DNA of 64,000 bases from an uncultured Collinsella sp. (GTDB lineage Bacteria > Actinomycetota > Coriobacteriia > Coriobacteriales > Coriobacteriaceae): the NCBI GenBank assembly GCA_900541035.1, contig UQIN01000015.1, positions 1,593 to 65,592 on the forward strand, read 5' to 3'. The translations under genes and the position numbers were made by a program. Under the pieces are notes generated by a model. It saw only the letters and a program-made list of their open reading frames with translations, was not told where the DNA came from and searched no databases. Position 1 is the first letter of the stretch; each line of letters starts with the position of its first letter. Positions 20,070 to 29,174 of this stretch are shown piece after piece.

Positions 20070-20205
20070 GGAACCGAGGGGCCGGGCGCAGGGCCTTGCC
20101 TCTCAATGAGTTCCGCACGAACAGGAGGCGCCAGTGGCGCCTCCGTCGTGAGTCAGGACTGTCCGAAATTGAGAGGCAAGGCCCTGCGCCCGGCCCCTCG
20201 GTTCC
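20070..20205. repeat. MITE/REPIN-like element with perfect 38-bp terminal inverted repeats
   Basis: ggaaccgaggggccgggcgcagggccttgcctctcaat at 20070-20107 and its exact complement at 20168-20205, with an internal hairpin. Confidence 0.8.
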
Positions 20206-20208
20206 CGT

Positions 20209-21885
20209 TTACGAGAGCGACGTTCTCAGCAACTCGTTGAAGAGCTTCGGGTTGCCCTTGCCGCGGCTCGCCTTCATGCACTGGCCCACCAAAAAGCCGA
20301 TGACCTTCTGGTTGCCGTCACGATACTGCTGCGCCTGATCGGCACAGTTTGCCAGCACCTCGTCCACGATCGGCTGCAGCGCGCCGGCATCGCTCACCTG
20401 ACGCATACCGCGCTCGTCGACGATCTTGTTGGGGTCGTCGCCGGTCTGGGCCATGGCCTCAAAGACCTCGTGCGCCTGGTTGGAGCTGATGGCATCGGTC
20501 GCCAGCAGCTTGGCAAGGGCTGCCACCTGAGCCGGCGCGATGCCGGACTCGGTGAGCGACACACCCGCACCCTTAAGGTAGGCGATCATCTCGTTCACCA
20601 GCAAGTTTGCAACCGTCTGGGCCTCCTTGCCAGCCATACCGGCAGCGGCGGCCTCAAAGAACTCGGCAAACTCGGGGTCGCCGGCAATCTGCTCGGCATC
20701 GGCCGCCTTAATGCCAAAGTCGGCCTCAAAACGGACGCGCTTGGCATCGGGCAGCTCGGGAATCTCGCCACGGCAGCGGTCGATAAACTCGTCGTCCAGA
20801 TCGAACGGCGCCAGGTCGGGATCGGGGAACAGACGATAGTCGTCGGCCGTCTCCTTCACACGCATGACCACGGTGCGCTTGCGGCTGGGCTCCCAGTGGC
20901 GGGTCTCCTGGTAGATGATGCCGCCCTCCTCGAGCACCTCGGCCTGGCGGCAGATCTCGTAGGCAAGACCGTCGTGCAGGCTCTTGAACGAGTTGAGGTT
21001 CTTGAGCTCGGTCTTGGTGCCCAGCTTGGTCTCGCCGCGGCGGCGCAGCGACACGTTGCCGTCGCAGCGCATGGAACCCTTCTCCATGGAGCAATCGGAA
21101 ATGCCCAGCGTCACAAAGATGCGACGGAGCTTCTCCATAAACAGGCGGGCCTCCTCGGGCGTTCGCAGGTCGGGCTCGGTAACGAGCTCGATGAGCGGCG
21201 TACCGCAGCGGTTGTAGTCGACGAGCGACTCGGCCGCGGCGGTAATGCGGCCCTCGGCACCGCCCACGTGCACCATCTTGGCAGCGTCCTCCTCCATGTG
21301 GATGCGCAGAATGCGGATGGGCACCGTGTAGGAACCGTCCTCGCGACGCTCGGGCATCTGCAGGTTGGACGCGTCGTAGCTGGCCAGATGGCCGGCGCGC
21401 TGGTTACCCTCGCGCATGGTCGACGTCATGGACGTGGACAGGCCCTCGGCGTTGGCCGAGGCGCTCGCCAGGCTCTGGGCCTCGGCCTCGCCAAACGCGC
21501 AGTCGGGGCGCTCGGCGGCACCGCGACCGGTCACGTCCAGGTCCAGGTGACCGTACATGGCAAAGGCGACCGGACCCTGCGTGGTCTGGAAGTTCTTGGC
21601 CATATCGGGATAGAAGTAGTGCTTGCGGTAGAACATCGAGTGGCGCTGGATCTCGCAGTTGGTAGCGAGACCGGCCTTGACGATGCTCTCGATGGCGCGC
21701 TTGTTGGGCACCGGCAGGGCGCCGGGCAGGCCCAGGCACACCGGGCACACGTTGGCGTTGGGCTCGTCATCGTGGCTGAGTTTGCAGTTGCAGAACATCT
21801 TGGTATCGAGTGCGGTGAGCTCGGTATGGATCTCCAGGCCAATCACGGCCTCCCAATCCTGCAGGACCTCGGAAAGCTCCTTCAT
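20209..21885 (-). CDS. gatB: Asp/Glu-tRNA amidotransferase subunit B
   Basis: VIGLEIH, CPVCLGLPGALPV, IHMEED and MRCDGNVS motifs. Confidence 0.96.
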   Translation of the reverse strand: MKELSEVLQDWEAVIGLEIHTELTALDTKMFCNCKLSHDDEPNANVCPVCLGLPGALPVPNKRAIESIVKAGLATNCEIQRHSMFYRKHYFYPDMAKNFQTTQGPVAFAMYGHLDLDVTGRGAAERPDCAFGEAEAQSLASASANAEGLSTSMTSTMREGNQRAGHLASYDASNLQMPERREDGSYTVPIRILRIHMEEDAAKMVHVGGAEGRITAAAESLVDYNRCGTPLIELVTEPDLRTPEEARLFMEKLRRIFVTLGISDCSMEKGSMRCDGNVSLRRRGETKLGTKTELKNLNSFKSLHDGLAYEICRQAEVLEEGGIIYQETRHWEPSRKRTVVMRVKETADDYRLFPDPDLAPFDLDDEFIDRCRGEIPELPDAKRVRFEADFGIKAADAEQIAGDPEFAEFFEAAAAGMAGKEAQTVANLLVNEMIAYLKGAGVSLTESGIAPAQVAALAKLLATDAISSNQAHEVFEAMAQTGDDPNKIVDERGMRQVSDAGALQPIVDEVLANCADQAQQYRDGNQKVIGFLVGQCMKASRGKGNPKLFNELLRTSLS

Positions 21886-23399
21886 TACAGCTCGCCTCCC
21901 TTCCCGGTAAAATCGGGCGCGACGGAGAGCGCGGGCGCACCCGTGGCGGCATCGGCAAAGCCGCGCTCCAGGGCGCGGGCAAACGTGAGCAGCTGACGGT
22001 CCTTAAAGGCAGGTCCCACCAGTTGGGCAGAAACGGGCAGCTTGCTGTCCTCGCCCAGGCCCAGCGGCACCGAGATACCGCCGTTGCCGCAAATGTTGAG
22101 CGAGATGGTGTACAGGTCGGAGAGGTACATCTGCGTGGGATCGCTGATCTCGCCAAACTTAAAGGCCGTGCGCGGCGAAGCGGGCATGAGGATGGTGTCC
22201 ACCTTGGCATACGCGGCATCATAGTCCTGCGTGATGAGCGTGCGGGCCTTTTGCGCAGCGTAGTAGTACTTGTCGTACACGCCCGAGCTCAGCAGGTAGG
22301 CGCCGAGCATCTGACGGCGCTTGGCCTCGGCGCCAAAGCCGTGGGCGCGTGAGAGCGAGCTCTGGTCGGACAGGTTGGCGCAGCCCTCCTCCTGATAGCC
22401 ATAGCGAATGCCATCGAAACGTGCCAGGTTGGAGAACGCCTCGGCCGGGCCGATAACGTAGTAGGCGGCGATGGCGGCGTCCAGGTGCGGCAGGTCGACC
22501 TCGACCAGCTCGGCACCCTGATTCTGCAGCTCCTGGGCGGCGCGCTGAACAGCGGCCTTGACCTCGGTGGTCAGGCCCTCGGCCTCCATAAACGCAGGGA
22601 TGATGCCCACACGCTTGCCCTCGATGCTGTCGTTGAGGTGCTCGGTAAAGTCGACGGCGCAATCCTGGCTGGTGCAGTCGTACGGATCGTGACCTGCGCC
22701 GGTAAGCGCGTTCATGGCCAGCGCGACATCCTCGACCGTGCGGCCAAAGGGGCCCACCTGGTCGAGCGACGAGCCAAAGGCAACCACGCCGTAGCGGCTC
22801 ACGGCGCCATACGTGGGCTTAAAGCCCACCACGCCGCACAGCGACGCCGGCTGGCGAATGGAACCGCCGGTGTCCGAGCCCAGCGAGAGCGCGACTTCGC
22901 CCGCGGCGACGGCTGCAGCGGAGCCGCCCGAGGAGCCGCCGGGCACGCGCTCGGTATCCCAGGGGTTGTTGGTGCGGTGGAACGCCGAGCTCTCGGTTGA
23001 GCTGCCAAAGGCAAACTCATCCATGTTGGCCTTGCCCATGGGCAGGCAGCCGGCATCGAGCATGCGCTGGACGCAGGTGGCGGTGTAGACGCTCTGGTAG
23101 TTCTCGAGCATGCGAGAAGCGCAGGTGGTGCGCGTGCCCACGAGGTTCATGTTGTCCTTAATGGCCAGCGGCACGCCCGCGAGCGGGGGCAGCGGCTTGC
23201 CTGCGGCACGGTCGGCATCCACGCGCGCAGCAGCCTCGAGCGCAAGCTCGGGCGCCACCTGCAGGAATGCCTGGACCCCGCCCTCGCGTGCCTCGATGGC
23301 GGCAAGGGAGGCCTGGGCCACCTCGGTAGCGGTAAAGTCGCCGGCGGCAACGCCCGCGGCGATCTGGGCGGCGGTAAGGGAATCGAAGCTCTGCGCCAT
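21885..23399 (-). CDS. gatA: Asp/Glu-tRNA amidotransferase subunit A
   Basis: Amidase signature GGSSGGSAAAV, LGSDTGGSIRQPA and SNLARFDGIRYG. Confidence 0.96.
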   Translation of the reverse strand: MAQSFDSLTAAQIAAGVAAGDFTATEVAQASLAAIEAREGGVQAFLQVAPELALEAAARVDADRAAGKPLPPLAGVPLAIKDNMNLVGTRTTCASRMLENYQSVYTATCVQRMLDAGCLPMGKANMDEFAFGSSTESSAFHRTNNPWDTERVPGGSSGGSAAAVAAGEVALSLGSDTGGSIRQPASLCGVVGFKPTYGAVSRYGVVAFGSSLDQVGPFGRTVEDVALAMNALTGAGHDPYDCTSQDCAVDFTEHLNDSIEGKRVGIIPAFMEAEGLTTEVKAAVQRAAQELQNQGAELVEVDLPHLDAAIAAYYVIGPAEAFSNLARFDGIRYGYQEEGCANLSDQSSLSRAHGFGAEAKRRQMLGAYLLSSGVYDKYYYAAQKARTLITQDYDAAYAKVDTILMPASPRTAFKFGEISDPTQMYLSDLYTISLNICGNGGISVPLGLGEDSKLPVSAQLVGPAFKDRQLLTFARALERGFADAATGAPALSVAPDFTGKGGEL

Positions 23400-23710
23400 T
23401 ACTCGCTCTCCCCCTCTCCCAAAATGGACGGCACGCGGAAGTAGCGGTCGCGCGCGCTGCCGGCGTTTTCGAGCGCAACGTCGAGCGGCAGGTCGCGCTC
23501 GGGCTCGCGCAGATCATCGCCCATCACGTTGGACAGGCTTCCGATAGGATGGAACGTGGGCTCCACGTCGGGCAAGTCATATTGCAAGACGGGCTCGAGC
23601 ATCTGGACGGCGTCGTTCATGTAGGACGTCATCTGAGTGAGCTCGTCATCGGTCAGTGCGATCTTTGCGTACTCGGCGATGCCGCGCACGTCTTTCTCGC
23701 TGAGTGCCAT
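23399..23710 (-). CDS. gatC: Asp/Glu-tRNA amidotransferase subunit C
   Basis: About 100 aa; DVEPTFH...YFRVPSIL; coupled to gatA. Confidence 0.93.
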   Translation of the reverse strand: MALSEKDVRGIAEYAKIALTDDELTQMTSYMNDAVQMLEPVLQYDLPDVEPTFHPIGSLSNVMGDDLREPERDLPLDVALENAGSARDRYFRVPSILGEGESE

Positions 23711-23893
23711 AGGCGCTCCCTTCCGCATAACAGTTAAACCGCTCTAGTATACAGGGCAACGCCGGCTTGAAGCAGGCGCTTTACCCAAATGCAGCGAAAA
23801 CGTAACGAGGGCGGCGGTTGGCAGGCGGCGGGCTGGCGGTTCTGCAGCGAAACCGCACCGTCCATAGCGAAAACCGTCTCGCCCGCAGCGAAG

Positions 23894-23954
23894 ACCATCA
23901 CAACATTCGACGCTTTTCGCCAAAATCGAAATTTTCATCGAATGTTGTGATGGT
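23894..23954. repeat. Palindromic element, family A (orphan copy, inverted orientation)
   Basis: accatcacaacattcga...tcgaatgttgtgatggt; homologous to the 39808 and 41051 copies. Confidence 0.85.
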
Positions 23955-23966
23955 TTGGAAGTCCCG

Positions 23967-24001
23967 ACCACCACAAAGGTGCCTGTCCCCGTTGTGGTGG
24001 T
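23967..24001. repeat. REP-like hairpin, family B (TGTCCC loop core)
   Basis: accaccacaa-aggtgcctgtccccg-ttgtggtggt; related copies at 34778, 35740, 37223 and 51616. Confidence 0.85.
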
Positions 24002-24014
24002 TCTGGAGAATGTC

Positions 24015-24953
24015 CTATGCCGAGGCCTTGGCCTTGCGGCGCTTGCGGACCGCGTGGATCACGATATCCAGCAGCAACAGCACAATGGCCACGACCACGA
24101 TGAGCACGGCAAACTCGCGCTTGCCCCAGTGGCGGCCGGCCAGCGACTTTTGCTTGTCGACGTCCTTCTTGTTGTACTTGGTGCGCACGCAATGCACCAG
24201 CAGGCGATGGTCGTTCACGCCGTAGGGCGTGCAGGTGACGAGCGTCACCTTGTCGGCGCCGGGTTCGATGGTCAGCGACTCCATCTCCTCGGGCAGCACC
24301 ACCTCGGAGTCCACCATCTTATAGGCGAGCGTCTTGTTCATGGTGTGCAGCAGCACCAGGTCGCCGGGCTCCAGCGAATGGATGTCGTCGAACATGCTCA
24401 GGTTGCGCATACCCGAGTGCGCGGTGAGCACGCAATGCGTCGAGGTGCCGCCCACCGGCAGGCTCGTGCCTTCCAGGTGACCGACGCCCGCCATAAGGAC
24501 TTCTTCGCTCGTGCCGTGGTAGATGGGCATGCTCACGTCGATGGAGGGGATCTCGACCCAGCTCATCATGGGGTCGCGGTCAAAGATGAGCTGCTGAGCG
24601 TAGGGCTCGATCTGGTCGGCGGGGAGCTCGGTGGCCTCGCCCGCCAGCTGCTCGTTAAAGGAGCGCGCCTGGAGCAGGATGCGCTCGCGCTCCTCGGCAG
24701 ATAGCGCGTCCACGGTGCTGGACACGGTGCTGATCTGGTTGAACACGCCCGAGGCCTCGAGCCGGTCCAAGATCCACGGCCAGGTCATAAGGCCCACGCC
24801 AATAAGGATAATGACGATGGTGATGAGCCGGTCGGCCCAGCGCGGCAGTCGCTTGCGGCGGCGTTTGGGCTTTGGTTGAGGTTTGGGCTGAGGGCTTGAG
24901 CCGCCGTTGGCCGCGGCGTTATTGCTCTTCATATGTTTGGCGCCCTGCACCAT
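24015..24953 (-). CDS. srtC: Class C (pilus) sortase
   Basis: GHLEGTSLPVGG, AHSG and TLVTCTPYGVNDHRLLV motifs; N- and C-terminal TM segments; AAAGGAG RBS. Confidence 0.93.
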   Translation of the reverse strand: MVQGAKHMKSNNAAANGGSSPQPKPQPKPKRRRKRLPRWADRLITIVIILIGVGLMTWPWILDRLEASGVFNQISTVSSTVDALSAEERERILLQARSFNEQLAGEATELPADQIEPYAQQLIFDRDPMMSWVEIPSIDVSMPIYHGTSEEVLMAGVGHLEGTSLPVGGTSTHCVLTAHSGMRNLSMFDDIHSLEPGDLVLLHTMNKTLAYKMVDSEVVLPEEMESLTIEPGADKVTLVTCTPYGVNDHRLLVHCVRTKYNKKDVDKQKSLAGRHWGKREFAVLIVVVAIVLLLLDIVIHAVRKRRKAKASA

Positions 24954-25064
24954 CGCCAGTCACTCCTTTACAGCTCAGGTTGTCTAAACAAATAATAGCC
25001 GATTAGCGAGCTTCCGCGCCGGACAACGCAGCTAGACTGCACCGACCGGGCCACGTAACCCCAC

Positions 25065-25838
25065 TCAACCAATCAAGCCATATGTTGCTTTCATCGTCTC
25101 GAGCAACTGCGCCATCGTTACGCCCGCAACCCCAATCTGTTTCAGATTGACGTCGCCCACCTCACAATCTTTAACAAACGCAAGCATATCGTCCTTCAGT
25201 TCTCCGCGCAGGTCGACACCTTCCGACTCGCCAAGCAGCTGAGCAAGCCTCAGCGCATCGCGTTTATGCTTTTTTACCTTCTTCGAATCAACGTTCTCCC
25301 CCGCTTCCCTTCTGGCTTTTAGGTCGAGATACGCCTTCGCTTTGAACGGGACAATGTATTCCGTACCCAGGACCGAAACGCCGCCTACGGTCCGAATTCC
25401 CTGAAGAAACAAGCTGTAGTAAGCATCGTCCAACAAAATTGCCGAAAGACTGCTTATGTTTTCATCAACGTGAATTGGCGCCACATCAATCCCCTCACGA
25501 CCCTTTAGAAAGTCGGGGCACTTCGCGAAGAGTTCAATCATATGGGGATAACCCGGCCTCTTAGGCTCTGTAAACCGATAAAAACACGAGCCTTTACCTT
25601 CGCCCCAGCCGCAGCGGTAGCCGCCATCACGCACCAAAGTCCATATAGCTTCTGCCGTCTGAGGCAACCGGTCATCGGCAACAATTACCACATCAAAATC
25701 GTGAGTCGCCCTAAACGGAAGTCCCGCCTCCAAGAGCAAAATGTCGCATGCCGTGCCGCCGATAAGAGCATACGATCCTGCAGCTTTTTGCATATGCTGC
25801 TGAAATTCTTGGAGACCTTCTACAGCGCTTCTTGCCAT
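25065..25838 (-). CDS. Nucleotidyltransferase-fold protein (AbiEii-like toxin)
   Basis: YALIGGTAC...RATHDFD (GG...DxD) and KAKAYLDL...KKHKRD motifs. Confidence 0.75.
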   Translation of the reverse strand: MARSAVEGLQEFQQHMQKAAGSYALIGGTACDILLLEAGLPFRATHDFDVVIVADDRLPQTAEAIWTLVRDGGYRCGWGEGKGSCFYRFTEPKRPGYPHMIELFAKCPDFLKGREGIDVAPIHVDENISSLSAILLDDAYYSLFLQGIRTVGGVSVLGTEYIVPFKAKAYLDLKARREAGENVDSKKVKKHKRDALRLAQLLGESEGVDLRGELKDDMLAFVKDCEVGDVNLKQIGVAGVTMAQLLETMKATYGLIG

Positions 25839-26788
25839 GGATATTCCTTTCCAAACATACGATCGACTTCGAGCTGAATTCGCTCATCGTCGATGGCCGC
25901 CAAAGATAGCGCAAGCGAAATGTCGTCGACACGGGAGGAGCCGGCAAACACGGGCGCATAGCGCCACACTTGGATCATCGCCGTCTCGTTATCCGGCAAC
26001 TCCCCGTCTGCGACTTCGAGGTCGCTCAGTTGACGCCATGTACTTCTTAAGACGGCCTTTTGTTCCATACCCGGCGCAGCGAGCATCGAACGCGCAGCGA
26101 GCGCCGTCTCCCCGGCGTCAACAAGATAGTCGACCTGCAGCGTCTTCCTTGCAAAAAAGACCTTCGAGACAGGCGAGGAGAGCTCTGCCATGTGCTCGCT
26201 GAGTAGAAGATCAACGGCGACAGGGAGCACAACGACACGTCGCTCGCAACGCTCGCGCCTCGCGAGCCCCCTGTCGACAAGCTCGGTTATGGCCTCACTC
26301 GCACGGCTTGCCGAGATCCCAAGCGCACGACAAAGGTCATAGGGACGATATGGCTCCTGGGCTACTCCCCAGATTGCGGCAGCCTGCGCGTTGGGTGACA
26401 TCTTGGTCGCGTGATTGCGAAACCGGGCACCGCCCCTCTCCGTGCAGGCTGTGCCCATAAATGGAAGAAAAGCCTGTCTACCTGGGCAGACAAAGGGAAT
26501 CCCTTGTGCGACCAATGCTTTGCGCTGGCGTGCATCGGCATCAGGAAACGAAACGACAACAGGAGTCTCCGCGCGCAAGGCTAGCTGACTATAGACCCTC
26601 TTAGCCTCGGGAAGCCCGACGCCAGTAGGCAAACTTGCAAGCAAAAACGAAAAACCGTTTGCGTCAACAGCGCGGACCTCAATCGCCCGCAGATGCAGCG
26701 GCAAGCGTGCGGATCCAGGCCAATTTTTGGTCTTGGCAGAGAGGCCTAGTGCTTCTTGTAAGTAGATTAGCGCTTCGTTCATTTCCAT
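25820..26788 (-). CDS. HTH-containing partner protein (AbiEi/MarR-like antitoxin)
   Basis: LGISASRASEAITELVDRGL HTH; AGETALAARSML; VDDISLALSL...DERI; overlaps the NTase gene. Confidence 0.7.
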   Translation of the reverse strand: MEMNEALIYLQEALGLSAKTKNWPGSARLPLHLRAIEVRAVDANGFSFLLASLPTGVGLPEAKRVYSQLALRAETPVVVSFPDADARQRKALVAQGIPFVCPGRQAFLPFMGTACTERGGARFRNHATKMSPNAQAAAIWGVAQEPYRPYDLCRALGISASRASEAITELVDRGLARRERCERRVVVLPVAVDLLLSEHMAELSSPVSKVFFARKTLQVDYLVDAGETALAARSMLAAPGMEQKAVLRSTWRQLSDLEVADGELPDNETAMIQVWRYAPVFAGSSRVDDISLALSLAAIDDERIQLEVDRMFGKEYPWQEAL

Positions 26789-27299
26789 CGTTTTCGTTTG
26801 ATTCCATTTTTAATTGGAATTATACATAATTTTCGGAATTGACGAGATTCCTTTCGTGCGTAAGCCCGCATTTGAGTTTTCAAAATGTCCCGAATCGGCG
26901 GGGCGATTCGGGATACAATGTCAATAGGAAACGACGCACCCCGCGTAAGTACTTTGGAGCGCGGGCGGCCTAGTTTTCTGGTTTTGTTAAATGCCCGGGC
27001 CTCTAACCCCGGGCATTTTAATTTGCACGCGCGGCGCAAATGCCTTCTACCGTCCGCACCGCGCGTGCGCCTACGAACCTTAAACCGAACCTCATACGAG
27101 TCAAGAAACGCGATGACGAACGTGCCCGCATCGGACGATGGAGGCTGGCCGCGTTGTCCCAAAAAGAACGGGGCAGACTCCAGTGCGGAGTCTGCCCCGA
27201 AAAGAGAATGGCAAAGCAAGAACGTGGATGGACGAGAAAAGTGTCCGCAAGTCTCATGGCCATCACATCCCACCTGCCAAAGGGATGGATGAGTGAGCG

Positions 27300-29066
27300 T
27301 TACTCCTGCTCGGACTCCTCAGCCTGCTTACGGCTGCGGATGAGGTGCGCCACGCCGATGCACAGCACCGCGCCACCAGCGATCCAAGTGAAGGTCACGC
27401 CGTTAAGGCCGGTCAGCGGGAGGTTGGAGCCCTTCTTATCGGTAACGGTGAGGTGCACCATGCCGTCAGTGGAGTTTTCGACTTTGACGAGCGTCTGATT
27501 GTCTCCATCAGTTACCTTAGCCTTAGGGGTAACCACGGTGGTGTCGTTCTCGGAAAGCTCACCGCTTGTAATGGTGAACGTGATGCCTTTGTCGCCGTGA
27601 GAGTTATCGTAGCCAGGTGCGGGCGTGACCTCTGTGAGGACATAAGTGCCCTCATCGAGACCGACAACGTTAATCTTGCCGCTGGAATCCGTGGTAAGCT
27701 TGGCTTTCTCGGCGTTCGTCTGTTTTACACCGGTGCAATCGATGAACATATTCTCGAGTTCGCCCTCGTCGTTCTTCTCCTGCAGCTTGAACACAACACC
27801 GGAGAGCTTCTTAGGGGTTTCCTCATTACCAACCTTGGTGACGTCAATGCCGTAGGTGTAGTCGTAGGCGGGATGCACGACTGTTGTACCTGTTTCGTTA
27901 GAGTGGGGGTTATTGGAATAGGTCAGAGTAACGGTATTCTTCTGGCCTTTACCGAGTATATCGGCGTTAACCTTAGTAGGGTTGAGCTTTGCCTTATAGT
28001 TCACATAGATTTTGGAGCTACCACTAACGGTAATATCCTTATCCTTGTCAGATTTAATTTCTCCCTTAAGGTTGTCAAAAGAAACAACAAGCTCGTTCTT
28101 TCCTTGATCAGTGACGTAGTTCGCAGTGTAGTAGCCTTCCTTGACCTTAGCATTGTCAATCTTGACCTCAACAACAGGTTTACCGTCGGAGAGGTTGGGA
28201 ACCATCGTAGAAGGCAGATCATCAGTAAAGGTATAGCTGTACTTTTCGTAAGTATTGATATTGCTGGCCACGGTACCTGCAAGCTGGTACTCAATCAGCT
28301 GGTCGGATGCAGAGTCCGCAACCCTATTGGGCGCCTCGAAAACGTCCTTGTTCCTATCTGTCACAAAACTACCGTTGTTATCGTCCTTGACTGCCTTGGT
28401 AACGCTGGGGACATCCTTCTTGGGCTCCACCTTTACATCTTCGCCACCGACGACAGCGAAGATCGGTGAAGTGTAAGCGTCTTTATTGCGATCTGCTCCA
28501 GTAGTTGCACCGACCGACTTCGTTTCAAAGAGCCAGTAGCCGGCATCGATGCCCTCAAATGTTCCCGGGGTATCACTCTTCGCATCTGTCCACGTCTGGC
28601 CTTCAAGCGACTTAGCAATCATGTCGAGCACACTTCCGGCATTGACGTTATTGCCCACAACTTCAGAACTGTGGTTATTGATGAAGTTGACCCATGCCTG
28701 AGCGGAATTATCGTTAGGCAAATCACTAGGTTTAGAACCATTATCAACATTATCAAACGCCGCAGTCACTGCAGCCTTCACGGAATTATTTGCCCAATCA
28801 ATATCGGAAAGGGTCTTATCGCCAGTGGAATCCCAGACTCCCTCGCTCTTCTGGTCCTGCGTAACCTTAGCCTTGAAAATCTGGATACCCTTAAAGGTCG
28901 TATCCTTGTAGGTCTCCTCATTAATCGTCACGTTGCCACTCGTCGTAGCCACCGGCGTACCCTCAGCAAACGCCATACTCACCGGCGCCATCACGCCGCC
29001 GAAGCTCAGCGCTGCGGTGAGGCCGGCGGTTACTGCCAGGCGTGCGATGTTCTTGTTCATGCTCAT
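27300..29066 (-). CDS. Major (backbone) pilin with isopeptide domains
   Basis: Signal peptide, VEPK pilin-like motif, YVLTEVTPAPGY E-box, LPLTG + TM + basic tail. Confidence 0.88.
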   Translation of the reverse strand: MSMNKNIARLAVTAGLTAALSFGGVMAPVSMAFAEGTPVATTSGNVTINEETYKDTTFKGIQIFKAKVTQDQKSEGVWDSTGDKTLSDIDWANNSVKAAVTAAFDNVDNGSKPSDLPNDNSAQAWVNFINNHSSEVVGNNVNAGSVLDMIAKSLEGQTWTDAKSDTPGTFEGIDAGYWLFETKSVGATTGADRNKDAYTSPIFAVVGGEDVKVEPKKDVPSVTKAVKDDNNGSFVTDRNKDVFEAPNRVADSASDQLIEYQLAGTVASNINTYEKYSYTFTDDLPSTMVPNLSDGKPVVEVKIDNAKVKEGYYTANYVTDQGKNELVVSFDNLKGEIKSDKDKDITVSGSSKIYVNYKAKLNPTKVNADILGKGQKNTVTLTYSNNPHSNETGTTVVHPAYDYTYGIDVTKVGNEETPKKLSGVVFKLQEKNDEGELENMFIDCTGVKQTNAEKAKLTTDSSGKINVVGLDEGTYVLTEVTPAPGYDNSHGDKGITFTITSGELSENDTTVVTPKAKVTDGDNQTLVKVENSTDGMVHLTVTDKKGSNLPLTGLNGVTFTWIAGGAVLCIGVAHLIRSRKQAEESEQE

Positions 29067-29174
29067 CTTCTTTTCCTCCGTTTTCCGGTTGGTTCTCATT
29101 CGATCGGTCATCATCTGTCTGTGTCTTAGCATCTACTTCGCTACGTCTCGCCCCGCTCTCTGTGGGGCTGCCAG

